The position numbers and the translations under genes are program-made. From NCBI GenBank assembly GCA_030704615.1, contig CM060731.1:46934001-46998000 (forward strand): a DNA stretch of 64,000 bases, given 5' to 3'. This stretch comes from Takakia lepidozioides. Its lineage: Eukaryota; Plantae; Bryophyta. Positions 26,641-41,244 of the stretch are shown piece by piece; position 1 is the first letter of the stretch; each line of letters starts with the position of its first letter. The notes under the pieces are model-generated. The model saw only the letters and a program-made list of their open reading frames with translations, was not told where the DNA came from and ran no database searches.

Positions 26641-29600
26641 CCTGCACGTACCAATACAAGTAGTACTTCCTTGTCAAAGCGTCAGAAAGTCAATATGTCA
26701 ACCATTTTGCCCACAAAAGTGAGGTGGACTAACAAAGATCATCCCCATACCAGCTCTATTCAGTGATTAATGACAGACTAGGATAATAGTGTGGACAAAA
26801 CAACGTAGCACTGATAAAGAGTATGTCAAAAGTTCAGACGATCCTTCAATCCATATGAATAACTATACCTGGGAAAGCTTGAATGTTCTGACTTCATGGT
26901 GCGTGCAGCCACGAACATTGGTCCTTCTGTGAATCCCGAGTTAACACGTCAGCATACCAAACAGAACCCTTTCAAATGCCATGGCTCTCAAGAGCCCTTC
27001 ACTGAAGTAGAACAAGAAGAGCATCAGAGCAAGAAGAGAGCATCCGGAACAAACGTGCGAGCTGCCTCTTGCAAAGACCCAAACTCATTGATATGTTTTG
27101 TCTAGCCCTACACCCGCCTGTCATATGACTGAATGTCTCACCGGCAGATAGACGATGCTCTCACTTGGTCCTATGACTGTTGCTTGTGACAATGTCCTTG
27201 ACCTGGCCAACCACCCCTCCCACATAACCCACAATTAGTAAGGTATGTCTTAGCTGCAAGGCCAGAGATGTCTCATTTGACTCGAAGTGCAAATAGTCTC
27301 GCTGAAATGTTTGTCCCAGCTCTGAAATTCGACGGGGAGATTATGAATGGAAAAGTAGATAATTATTTAGTGACAGGGAGGCATGCAAAAAAGCATTTGA
27401 CAACACTTCCACATGTTCTCCATGCTCCACATCTAATCAATTGAAATCACTTCATGAACGGCGGGCCCTAATTTAGAGCCAACCTAGCCAAAAGTCCAGG
27501 AAGCTATATGAATACGACGTGTATCTTATGCCCCCAAGCTCTCATGAGTGATGGAAGGCTGGTGGAGGTTTCTCCTCTGGAATAAAGGTCACCTGCAGCT
27601 CTTCCTCCCCATGTCACACATCCATATCTCTCTCTCTAGGTCCATAACATCAAAACTACAACAAGCACCTTTCTACACGAAGGACCTTTCTACAGCTTCA
27701 TGTTACCAAGTTGTACATACTGCTTACAGAGCATGCCTAAATTAAAATGTACCAAACGAACCAGATTCAGGAGATCAGAGACTGATGAAGGACTCGGGCT
27801 TTTCTTGGTCGACATTGAATTGTTGTTGTCTCCAAACATCAGCCCATAAGACAACAACTCTCTCACAATAGCTGAAACCTGAAACCTATAAGCTATAGTT
27901 TAAGCTATAAATTACAAGAATTACACTATAGCTGAAACCTTTCAACTGCCAACAGATCTGAAGAAGCACTCCCATCCATAACAAGAACTATGCTGCATTT
28001 GGGAAATTGAGAAATAAGAGAGAAGAGCCTACATTGAGTGGCCGCTTGGCAAGATGTTGCTGACTGTAATCCAACAATAGAAGTGCAAGTTCTGGACTAC
28101 GAAAGATATAGCCATGCCAACCTGAGATGGCTGAATCAATCCTTCCACGGTCCAAGAGAGAGAAAGAAGACTTTCTAGAATCCTCCTCCACACACACACC
28201 TAGAGAGAGAGAGAGAGAGAGAGAAAGAGCTCTACAGCCTCCATAGGAGGCTCAAAAGACTTTACGGGACAAGGACAACTGAAGATAGAACGAACAGAAC
28301 AGTGGGGCTTATCAAAAATTGAGAATATTACAAGACACACCTCAAAGAATGAAAGTCTGAGTTGTGAAGCTTGGCGAATGACCACACTCAGCACCTCCAG
28401 CCTGCAGCGTTGAAGAAGTTTTAGAAACTCACTCCAAAGAGCAACCTCCATTGTGAATGTACATATTTGACTAAAATCATTTAACTAAAATTAGATGCAC
28501 CGGATCCTATGAATATTATAAATTCAAAACGAACTTGGAAAGTTGTGGGGATCTGTCTAAGGGTGGCAAAATAGAGAGGGAGAAGGTTTGACAATTAAAC
28601 CTCACTTGAAATTGACCCTGAAGCAAAATAAACATCTCACTTCCGTTGATGATAACAACTTGTAGCTTCCAATGCCAGCTTCCAAAGTAGTTATATATAT
28701 CAGAAACTGTGGGGACTGACTACCCATAATTTCGAGCCTTTAGAGTTGACTAGAAGAGCACAAGCAAGACTTGCAATGAAGTCAGGCCCAATGAGATCTC
28801 TAACTCTATGACACCCACTAATTCCATATCAACACAAGTCATATCAGGCACCATCGAACCTATGGCCCTCCATTATGTCAGTCACCTCCACTTCAAAATC
28901 CCACTTCATTTGCAAGGCAGCTATGTACTTCATTGTTGCCAGTACATGTTGGTTATGACATAATGTCTAAGGGGAGCATAGTGACTTCCATATATTCATT
29001 TCAATGCATCACAAAAATTGAGACCTCCCACAAGGGTTACACATAGTTCTAGCTTGTGAAATATGTGAGGGTCTTCAGTCATTGAATTGAAGAAGGCAAA
29101 AATGTGCCAACACATTTTCAATGTTTTTTCAGATGCCATCACTAAAGTTTGGACTGGGTCATTCTGGTGTATATGTCATGAAATCCAACTGGTTTCCATT
29201 TTTCTGCAACCTACAGAACAATGAGAGCGCGAGAAAGAGGCAAACGCACCTGTCAGGTGATGCAAAGCGAGCAGCGAACGGCCCTTTGCACACTCTCCAT
29301 ACACTGAGGTGCCCGCTTCCTAAAACGAACATTCCACATCGCTGATTAAGTAGTTGTTCCAAAACCACTACTCAGAACATTGCAGCTGATACAGTAAACC
29401 CAAATCTCAAACTTACATGTCAATCTCAATTTCCCTTGGTTATTTCACGTTCCTTTTTTCACCTAGATTCAGTAATGAACTTAGCCACCTTAATGGTTGA
29501 ACAAAAGGAAACATGTAGCTGCCAAAGGAATATCGTGGCACAGAAACAGGGGAGAGGTGAGCGATGTGAACTGTGATAGATGGCTGGCCATATGTTTGCT

Positions 29601-29995
29601 GGTCGCAGCTCGTTGCGATTTGGCTGGTCACATACCAAATTTCATCGCCCCTCCAGATTTTGCAGCTCCCTATACGCCCGCTACCGTCGTTAGGCTCTCC
29701 CTGCCTTATTCTAACTCTCATTCAATCTCACTCTCACTCTCGATAGCTGGAATGCAGGACGTCTCCCTCGCATTGGCTGCCCAAAGCGCCACATTCCTCT
29801 CTCTCTTGCGGGCCCTTCCAGGATGTACAACATGCATGTGTCACCTTCCTATGCGCCGTGTACCATGCATGCATGTCGCTTCGGGGCATAGGCCGTGGCG
29901 CCAAAGAATGAGAGCCATTTCGTCAGCTCGTAAGTCTCCTTCCATTCCGGAAGATGATGATCAGAAGATGATTGGAGGGTGACTGGTTTGGTACG

Positions 29996-30117
29996 CTAGG
30001 TAGCGCCTCGCTTATGGGTTGTAGGCGGTCCGGACTGTGGCGAGACGTAGAAGCTTCGAGCGGCAGGTAGGAACCAGCTATAGCTGGGTGGTAGCCCATA
30101 AGCGAGGCGCTACCTAG
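29996..30117. mobile_element. Miniature inverted-repeat element (MITE-like, 122 bp)
   Basis: Perfect 23-bp terminal inverted repeat CTAGGTAGCGCCTCGCTTATGGG ... CCCATAAGCGAGGCGCTACCTAG. Confidence 0.7.
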
Positions 30118-30139
30118 TTCATAATCTGATCATAACTAG

Positions 30140-30312
30140 ACAACCAGCATGTAGCCCAGTGGTAATGGGCACATACCACGTTGGATGTGTTTGTGGGTTC
30201 AAACCACCCTCTGGTATGTCATGAAGGTGTCCACCTTCCTGCTCGAAGGCAGTACCCTTCGAGGTCAAGTGACACCATAAGTTACGCTCCCTTCAGGAGG
30301 CGTCATACTTCT
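30140..30312 (+). mobile_element. tRNA-derived SINE, copy A
   Basis: A box TAGCCCAGTGG and B box GGTTCAAACC. 15-bp TSD TCTGATCATAAC(T/C)AG at 30125-30139 and 30313-30327. Homologous to 50376-50548. Confidence 0.85.
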
Positions 30313-31039
30313 TCTGATCATAACCAGGGTGGTCCTGGGCTGAATCCTTTACATACCACGGTAGCTGGTTCAGCTCTGTTCTTGGACATTTTCTATGTTT
30401 ACACCATTGTCAATTATGCCTTTCATTCCATCCTCTGGCTTCTTCTTTTTTGTCAAAATAGATAAAATAGATGTTATATATGCTTCTCATTGAATGATAA
30501 TAACATCTTTCAATGGGCAAGCTTGTGCTTGTGGCGGGGCCCACGTGCAGCAAAGAGGGTCCTGAAGGGTGGGAACCACTCTTGGATTGGTATCAAAGCT
30601 GGGTTCCATGGGCAGCTGCAAGTGCCCCCATGAATCGCCCCAGGATTTACGAGGCGTGAGTGGTCGAAATAGGATATTCCCTAAGGGGCGCAAAAAAGCC
30701 GTTCCTTCACAAGGGGCGAACGAGTTTCATGGCCTAACTGACACCTTTGTTATTTTTTACAGCGGGCCCGCAGCCTTATAGTTTGCTATTGGATTCCATC
30801 CAAAGTAAGTTACATTTTAGGAGAGGGAATGATTTTTGACATTTCCATCCAAAACTTATTTAATTGTCAATTATTATGTCATGGGCCCATAGCAATTGGT
30901 GCCAAAGATTTCTAGAGGGGTGGATGGAAACCTCTCCATGGAACCACCCCCTCTCATTTTTAAGGGGCGATTCCATCCGGGGGGCGCCCCCTTGGGGAGG
31001 CGCTTGGGAGTGCCCATGAAACCCGGCCCTCAAGTTTCT

Positions 31040-31460
31040 AACATACCATACTAGTCCTGGTACGAGACGTATCACAAAACTTTCATACCAGTTTGGTCTA
31101 TATAATGGTGGATGTATTTTGTTTCCAGATACTGGTATAACTATGAGTATCATGACCACAATACCAGCTGGTATGAGATATCAATTCGGGTATCATTCCA
31201 AAGCCATGTTGAGTTACAAATTTATGATGGCAAGTATCAAGTGAAAACAAATAAAATATACATAAAGAAGTAAATATACTTAAGTACAAATATATAGGCA
31301 TATGTAGACATAAATTAATTCAATATACATACCAGAGTAAATGAGGAAGACGGTGGGGGAGTACTGGTATTGTGGCTAGTATGAAAAAACTGATACCAGC
31401 CTGGTCTGGTATATGACCAAGTATTCTCCCAAATGATACCAGACTAGTCTGGTATCTAAA
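31040..31460. repeat. Array of ATACCAG/CTGGTAT short inverted motifs (MITE-like subterminal repeats)
   Basis: Repeated ATACCAG..CTGGTAT palindromes, e.g. ATACCAGCTGGTAT and ATACCAGACTAGTCTGGTAT. Confidence 0.5.
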
Positions 31461-31544
31461 TACCAATATTGTCGGGTGGTAATTTGTGTTATTAATTATA
31501 TATTTTGTACACTTTTTGAAATTTTTCTAAGTCATTGTTCTTCT

Positions 31545-31880
31545 ACAGCGGCGGACTGGGCAGACCCTCCAGCGGACTTTACAGGTGCGTAGGTGGGCAA
31601 ACCCTTCACCAGACTTTACAAGTGGACTCGCCTTCCAGCAGACTGTGCAGACCCTCCAATAGACTCTACATGTGGACTCACCTTTCCAGCGGACTGGGGG
31701 CCTCAAGCGGACTCTACAGGTGGACGAGTGGACCCTCCAGGGTAGACTAGATTGCAGAATGGACCTCCTCCAACAGACTATGGAGAGTCAATGGACCCTC
31801 CAGCAGACTCTCAAGAATAGACTAGACTATCCAATGGACCCTCCGGCGGACCCGGTGGATGGTCTAAACCCTAAACCCTT
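31545..31880. repeat. Degenerate minisatellite (GGACCCTCCAGCGGACT core) ending in a telobox CTAAACCCTAAACCCT
   Basis: About 9 imperfect copies of ACCCTCCAGCRGACT at roughly 30-37 bp spacing. Confidence 0.7.
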
Positions 31881-32129
31881 TCTTGGAAGCCTTTTGGGCC
31901 GCAAGATTCTACGTATGTCTCTTGATAGAAATGGAGCTTTTGTCATGAGATTGGTAGCTTACAAGTTCTCCTGACATGTAGTTCCATAAGCTCCCTTCTA
32001 ATGAGTATGGGACGATCTTGTTTGGATGTGTCCACCCCTTCTGGATTCTCTGGCAATAGTGATGCAATAGAGAGTCCATTGCGCTCAAAAGAACTGCACA
32101 CTCACGCATACCAGGAGTGCTTGAAACCT

Positions 32130-33500
32130 ACAGTTTTGAGCCTAATAGATGTTGCGAGGGCTCTTGCCACGAGCCCTTGGGTGGAAGGGCTTGTAACCTT
32201 TTAAGAAAGATTGTAAGCCGGAAAAGGGCCTCGGTTTGAAGTAGCACGCATACAAACTTTGCACATAGGATGTGAGATGGATTTGTGCCTTTGGCACCAA
32301 GCATTACTTGGAAAAAAGATGACTGCAATGGTTCCATATTTTTTTTCCCTCCAGGCAACTGGGACACCAGATGCCCAGAACTCACAACCATAAGTGGTTG
32401 CCTGGGTGACAACGCTGTCAAATAGCCACTTTTGGGTTAGGAGGTGGCGCAGATGTATCTGTTTGCATTTGGCCTGAAGGCGGAGTGGAGGCCACCTTGC
32501 CCTTCATCAATCTGTCCAGGGCAGTGATGCAAACTGGAATTTGGAATGGATAACCAGACCCAGATATCGGTATGATTTGACAATCTCAATTTCCTGTTGG
32601 TTGAAGATGAATCTGCGGTCCGCTTGGCCATTGAAAACCATGATCTTGGTTTTGCTAAAATAGATGTGCAGCCCATAGTATTTGGAAAACTCTTCCAGGA
32701 TGCGAAGATGGCATTGCAGGAGATTGTGCCAAGAGGGCAACATAATCAGCGTAGAGGAGATCTGACTGCGTTGGTCCCCGATGCAAGTGCACACCAACGC
32801 CATAGTTTTTTTAGATGTAACCTCCAAAGCGTCAATGTAGATCCCAAAAAGGGTAGGTGAGATGGGGCAGCCCTATTTGACCCCAATGTTGCTATGTACC
32901 TCTGCTGAGAATTCCCCCGCGACCTTGACCGTGCCAATGACAATCTCATACATGGAAGAGATGGCATATAGGATGCCCGGAGGCACTCGAATCAAAAGCC
33001 TTTCGAAAGTCTACGAAGCAAACATACACCATTTTGTTGTCAAAGCTTGCACGTTCTACCATAGTCTGAAGAGTGAGATTGTGGTCAAGAGTGGATCTGT
33101 TGCAACGAAACCTGCTTGCCCCATGCACGGATGTGAGAGGCTTCAGCCCAATCATCCAGTTTTATGGCCACTACTGCCCCAAACAGCTTAGCCAGTAACG
33201 AAGACACCGCGATTGTGCGATAGTTGGTCGTTGTGAGCATGTCGCCCCTCTTTGAGAGGGGGTGGATGATGCTCTTTGTCCACTCTGTTGAAAAGCCATG
33301 TTGCTCGGCTTCATTGAAGAGGTGTGCTGTAAATGGGGCCAAAGTTGTTGCCGCGGGCTTGATGGAAAAAAGACACAAAATTGCAGGGCACCTGATGGCT
33401 ATTAGAATTTGGGTCACAGCTTGCCATTGAGTGTGAGTGAGGCTTGAGGGTTTGCATATTGTAGGTCAGGACTCCCGTAGCAATAGTGCGTAGTCCCACA
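32130..33500 (-). mobile_element. Degenerate non-LTR retrotransposon (RTE-like) reverse transcriptase fragment
   Basis: WTKSIIHPLSKRGD..NYRTIAVSS, STLDHNLTLQ, CFVDFRKAFDS, GCPISPTLFGIYID, KTKIMVF and YRYLG spread across frameshifts. Confidence 0.9.
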
Positions 33501-34002
33501 TTTGCTGACGTGTTCTGTGGTTCTTCCTCTTATTGGAGTTCTTGCTTCATACTTCTCACTTAGTATCAGCCACTGATACATTGTGCAGCACAGAACAGAA
33601 GTTTTCTAGCAGTTACTTGCTCTCAGCAATCCATGGTCACCGTCCTCTCAAGGAAAGATTCAGTCCTCAGCCAAAATATTTGCTGTTTGATCTGAGTAGA
33701 AATGGTTCACAAGAGACACCAAGGTGATTACAGGCACCAACTCAACCTTCCTGCACTATGAAAAACCTTTCACAACCAGGTGAATTGGTGTCTTACTACC
33801 TGCAATTCAATAGTGGGTTATGGCTCAACTGGCATGGCACGCTTCACCAAAACCGAAGCTGCATATTTGAGCTTTAGAGGTGTGGCGTTGGCCATAGAAC
33901 TATGAAACTGAAGAGAAAGGAAGGCAGTACCGGCAAGGCAAGGGACTCTATATAAAGCATGTGCGCCTTGTTGTACCCCGTATGGAAGCTGGCCATTTCA
34001 GG

Positions 34003-36910
<2,908 letters not shown>

Positions 36911-38377
36911 TCAGTGCCCAATCTCATTGTGTAATCCCATCTATCTATCTACAGTGATATGCTTGACGTAGCATCGAAGTGGGTATCTTTCCAGTCGAAA
37001 GAGGAAAGACAGAAAAGACCTCTGGCATACTTGACATCACAGAAATTATGCGGAAGCCAAAAGTATACAGTCTCTAGCTGTCTATTCGTCTATTCCGAGA
37101 TGGAGTATGCCGATTGGATACCAGAACACGCAAAATTTCTTAGTGTGTTCTAGGACGTTCGAGTGGAGTTTGATGGATGATTGGAGTCTTTCTTCCACCA
37201 GTTCTTTCTCTTGCCTGCCACTTCTAACTTCCAACCTTCTCCAAAGTCTCTACTTTCCAGGTTTGAAGTGATGGCTCGTTCTCCCTCAATCAAAACCAGA
37301 TTCAGACTTGTTTGCTTGTTGGAGGGAACTGAACCAAGATTTCAGGTTTTGCTTACTCAGTTTGCTATGGCAATAGCTATCAATGGTCTTTTGGAATGAT
37401 ATTGCGTGGATGCATCAAAATTCCGTGTCTTGTGCAAGTAAACCTCTGATTGCCGGGGTGTTGGTGGTGACTCAATCGATAACTGGCATATTGCACAAGG
37501 ACCTGGGCACTAGTATGCAGTCCGCCGCTGCTGCTGCTAGCTACATATTTGGGTGTGAAAGAACCCATATTGAGAAAGTTAGACCTTCTCCATATACAAA
37601 GTGCTGCTGTTGGGCAGGAGCAGGTCTGTTCAAGAGAATAATGAAGGTGAGGCTAATTGGGTGGAAGATCGAATTAACATAATGGAGCACGAGGGGTGGA
37701 TGATGCTACATTGTTTTACTTTTAGAAACTTGCAAGGAATTCATGCAGAGAGTATCAGGTAGGAACCGAGTCATTGGCACTGGTGCAAATTTGAAAGTCT
37801 ATGTCTCTCTTTTTGTCACACACATAAACCCCACACAGAAACCATGGCCAGGAATCCTCATCAGGTGCCTTGACGTAAGTGACTAAAAGATCTTGGAATT
37901 GTTGGTCTTATGTTCCAAACAATAGTGCATTTGTAATTAGGTTCTGTAGAAAAAGGGCCAGTCGGCAGCAAGGAACAGAGCAAAAACTGCGTTGGTGTGC
38001 CATCTTGGAAAGGCACCACAGGCCTGTGTGATCAATAGTTAGTAAGAAGCATGTGCTAATTATGAATGGGGATCATATATATATAATATGTTCCTTACTT
38101 GGAATGATCAACTCAAGATGTTTCGCAAAACATGAACAATGTCACCCATGTCAAGCAAATGATTTGAAGGCAGGCAAGGTGCTGTGGCAAGATAGAGAAG
38201 CACAATTCAGGTCCCAAGAGAAAAGGTCGGGGAAGTATTGTCGTACCATTGGGAGACATTGCAAGTGACATTGCGCGCTGTTGGGCGCCCGCACCAACGC
38301 CCCATCATCAAATCAGTTCCTTTCAAGTTTGCACCTTCTATTTCTGGCTGGACCTGGGCAATCCGAAATGGGTCAAT

Positions 38378-40074
38378 TTATTGCAGCCATGGCTTCCAAT
38401 CCCCAACTCCTTCCACCAAGCAATCAGGTACCTTGGCAGACCAACTGTCGAGGTCAGGCATTTTTCCTGACAACAGCATCACATTACGACCTTCATCTCT
38501 AAGCTGACGGATACTAACATCCCCGGAAAAGGCAGCATCCATTGCTATTATCGTGCTCTGCATTGCTCGATCCCAATCTCTCATTCTCTCTTTATCTCCT
38601 TCGACTTTGAGGCCTCCACAATTTGCAACACAGTTTACCATCACTCGCCCCCCTGGTTTGAGACGGTCCTTCAACATAGTCCATGTGGAGACCTGTGATA
38701 ATTCTTCACAGAGACGTCCATTGCTAAACAAATCAACAATCAAACCTGCGAACCCTCCCTCTACAATGGCTGCTGGTCCCAGAGCATCTCCTACATGAAC
38801 CACTAAGAAGCCCCCCCTTCTCCGCCCTGCCTTCCTGTACACATGTCTACCAGCAGTGCGCTTTAGATTGAGATCCTCAATCAGAATATTTCCATTGTTG
38901 TTTGCATCACGTTGTGAAATATCCACCTCTGCTGCAAATTGACTACCTCCACCTTCCATAGCCTCAGGATTGATTGATCTATAGGGTACATCACTAGATC
39001 GGAACCTGTCCCCAGTAAGCTTGCGTCTAGTTGACCTGCCATCACCAGATACCTCCAAATTCGTCAGGCCAAAATAAGCACGCCCAACTCTGACAACTTC
39101 AGGATCCAGCTCCCAGCCTTCTAAAAGCAAGGAAGGCCATGCATGCAGCAGTATCCGAGCCACAGTGCCTGCTCCAAGGCCTAGAATCCCCACTGTGCCT
39201 TCAGGAAGTAATGGCGGCAAGGATGCAAACACATCATAGTATGAGCTTGTCCACACCCTGCCATTCCGCCAGAACACGCTGTGAATCAGGTTTGCATCGT
39301 CAAGCTTCAACACGTACGCCCCAGAAAACTCATTGTCGAGTCCTTCGTCTAATTCTATCACGGATATCTTATTGAAAGGTGTGGTCATCTCATCCACTAA
39401 CCAAGCTTCACCGTCCTCATAGTCACACTCTGCGCCATCTGCATCTCCATCATTTTCCAGATAATCGATCGCTTTCGCATCCAGTGAAAGACTTGTGTAA
39501 TCAACAGACTCGTTGTATGATGGGTTGACTGACGCCAACACTTGGGATGCCTTCGCATCGCTGGCATCCTCGGTCCGTAAACTCCCCCAGGAATATACAT
39601 CCTCATGCCTGTGTAGCTTACATCCTGCAGGCAAAAAAGATGCCACAATATGGGCTTTGCGAACCTACTTAGACATAAGGACAAGTTAGCCCATCCTTCA
39701 ACCCTCTTCTTCTACTGAAGTAGCGTGTAACCCTGAGAAAGCGATAATCTTGACCTGCAAACACCAAAGCTGCTCCCGCATAATTCTGAACCAAACTAGA
39801 GCCCTTGACAAGCAATCGACTGTTATATCCACACAGATAGCAAAGGACACCCCACCAACGTTGAACTCATCTGTGCAAGTCCGTCTTGATCAAGACCTGA
39901 TTTGGGTGAAAATTGTGCAGCTCCCCTGGTAATAACAACCTGTGGCTTGCACGACCGCTCAGCATTCCATTTCAGATCCCGACTGTTCCTGGAGGATGCG
40001 ATGCAGTACACACGATTGGCACTCGCATGCTTTGGGAAGAATGTGAGCGATGCAGTGCACGCGCTGACATCCAT
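38378..40074 (-). CDS. SAM-dependent methyltransferase (spermidine-synthase-like fold) with probable transit peptide
   Basis: Exons 40074-39897 and 39624-38378, phase-consistent. Motifs WTSSYYDVFASLP, ILGLGAGT, GWELDP, VHVGDA, LIVDLF and RLKPGGRVMVNC. Confidence 0.88.
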
Positions 40075-41244
40075 GAATCTGACGAACACCCACAAACACC
40101 ATAGCCTGTGCGAGCGATGGAAGGCCCCACAACAGCAAATTTTCAAACATATGTCGGTACTCCATGCATCAGCCCTAATTGCAACTCCAGTGTAGTTTGA
40201 GTTCAGGGCATTCAGTGTTACTACCTATGTATTAGCACCGCGCTGCTAGCCTGGCAGTCCTGCTAACGGCTCAGCAGGACGACTTTCCTAACTGCTGCTC
40301 CAACTAAAATTTAGAACACTATTTCATAAACAGAGAAGTGTCACTTCTTCTTCCCTTCTCTTGATGGTTCAGTTTTCTAGCGTAGCTTTGCCCTGTGATG
40401 AAAACCATAAACCCATATAGAAACTGATAAGATTGGCATGCATTGCCTTCCAAGCTGATGCGCAGCTACACTTGGCTGGGGCTCAACGAAGGATGAAGGT
40501 CCAGTTGTCTTTCGGTCCATTTTGCAAGACCGTCCACCCTAGACTAGCATGAAAAAGAAAAGATCTGAGCTTGCTTTGCGTGGGGCTGGAATCTATGAAT
40601 GTTTCCAATGTGATAATCTACCATGGTTCTATCTTACTGGATTCTGGTTGTCTTTCGTTTTTTTCCTGTAGGGTTTTCGCATAAGACTCGACTGTATAAG
40701 TTTACATTACAAGTCCTGAAACTTATAAGAGGCTTGCAAATTGTTCAGGGTCCACAAACGTTGAGCGAATCGACCATCAACTGGCCTCCGTGGTCGATCA
40801 GGATCTGTGAGGTCCATGGATAACATCTCTTTTTATGAATTTAGTACACGGCATTTCTGCTGATCAGTACACTTGTCACTGGCTCGAATTTTAGAGAAGA
40901 CAAGACAAGTGAGATTTTATGACGATCAATGATCTATGAGCTGCGATGAAATGGCAAATGGATTATATTGGATTATATTGACGATTCTCATTACCGGAAT
41001 CTCCGATATGTCGATGCTTCAAAATAAAGATTTCATTGTTCAACCACGTCTATGTTGCAATCTCAAATTTTGGTTGGTTTTTCTCTAGGTTGCATTGTAT
41101 TTGTATAATAACTGTTAAATAGTTACATCTCCACTGCAATCTACTGCACTAGACGTCCAGTAATCAGGATTATGTACATTCGGAGATTTAGATTAGAAAT
41201 CTGCACTTTTTTATCTTGGCAAATGTGGGCATTGTCATCTGTAG

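Noticed and set aside
30147-30210. Functional tRNA gene (also at ~50384)
   Set aside because: It has A/B boxes but no complete cloverleaf or acceptor stem. It continues into a shared non-tRNA tail with TSDs, so it is a SINE.
31545-31880. CRISPR-like array
   Set aside because: Repeats are degenerate, the spacers resemble each other, there are no cas genes and the context is eukaryotic.
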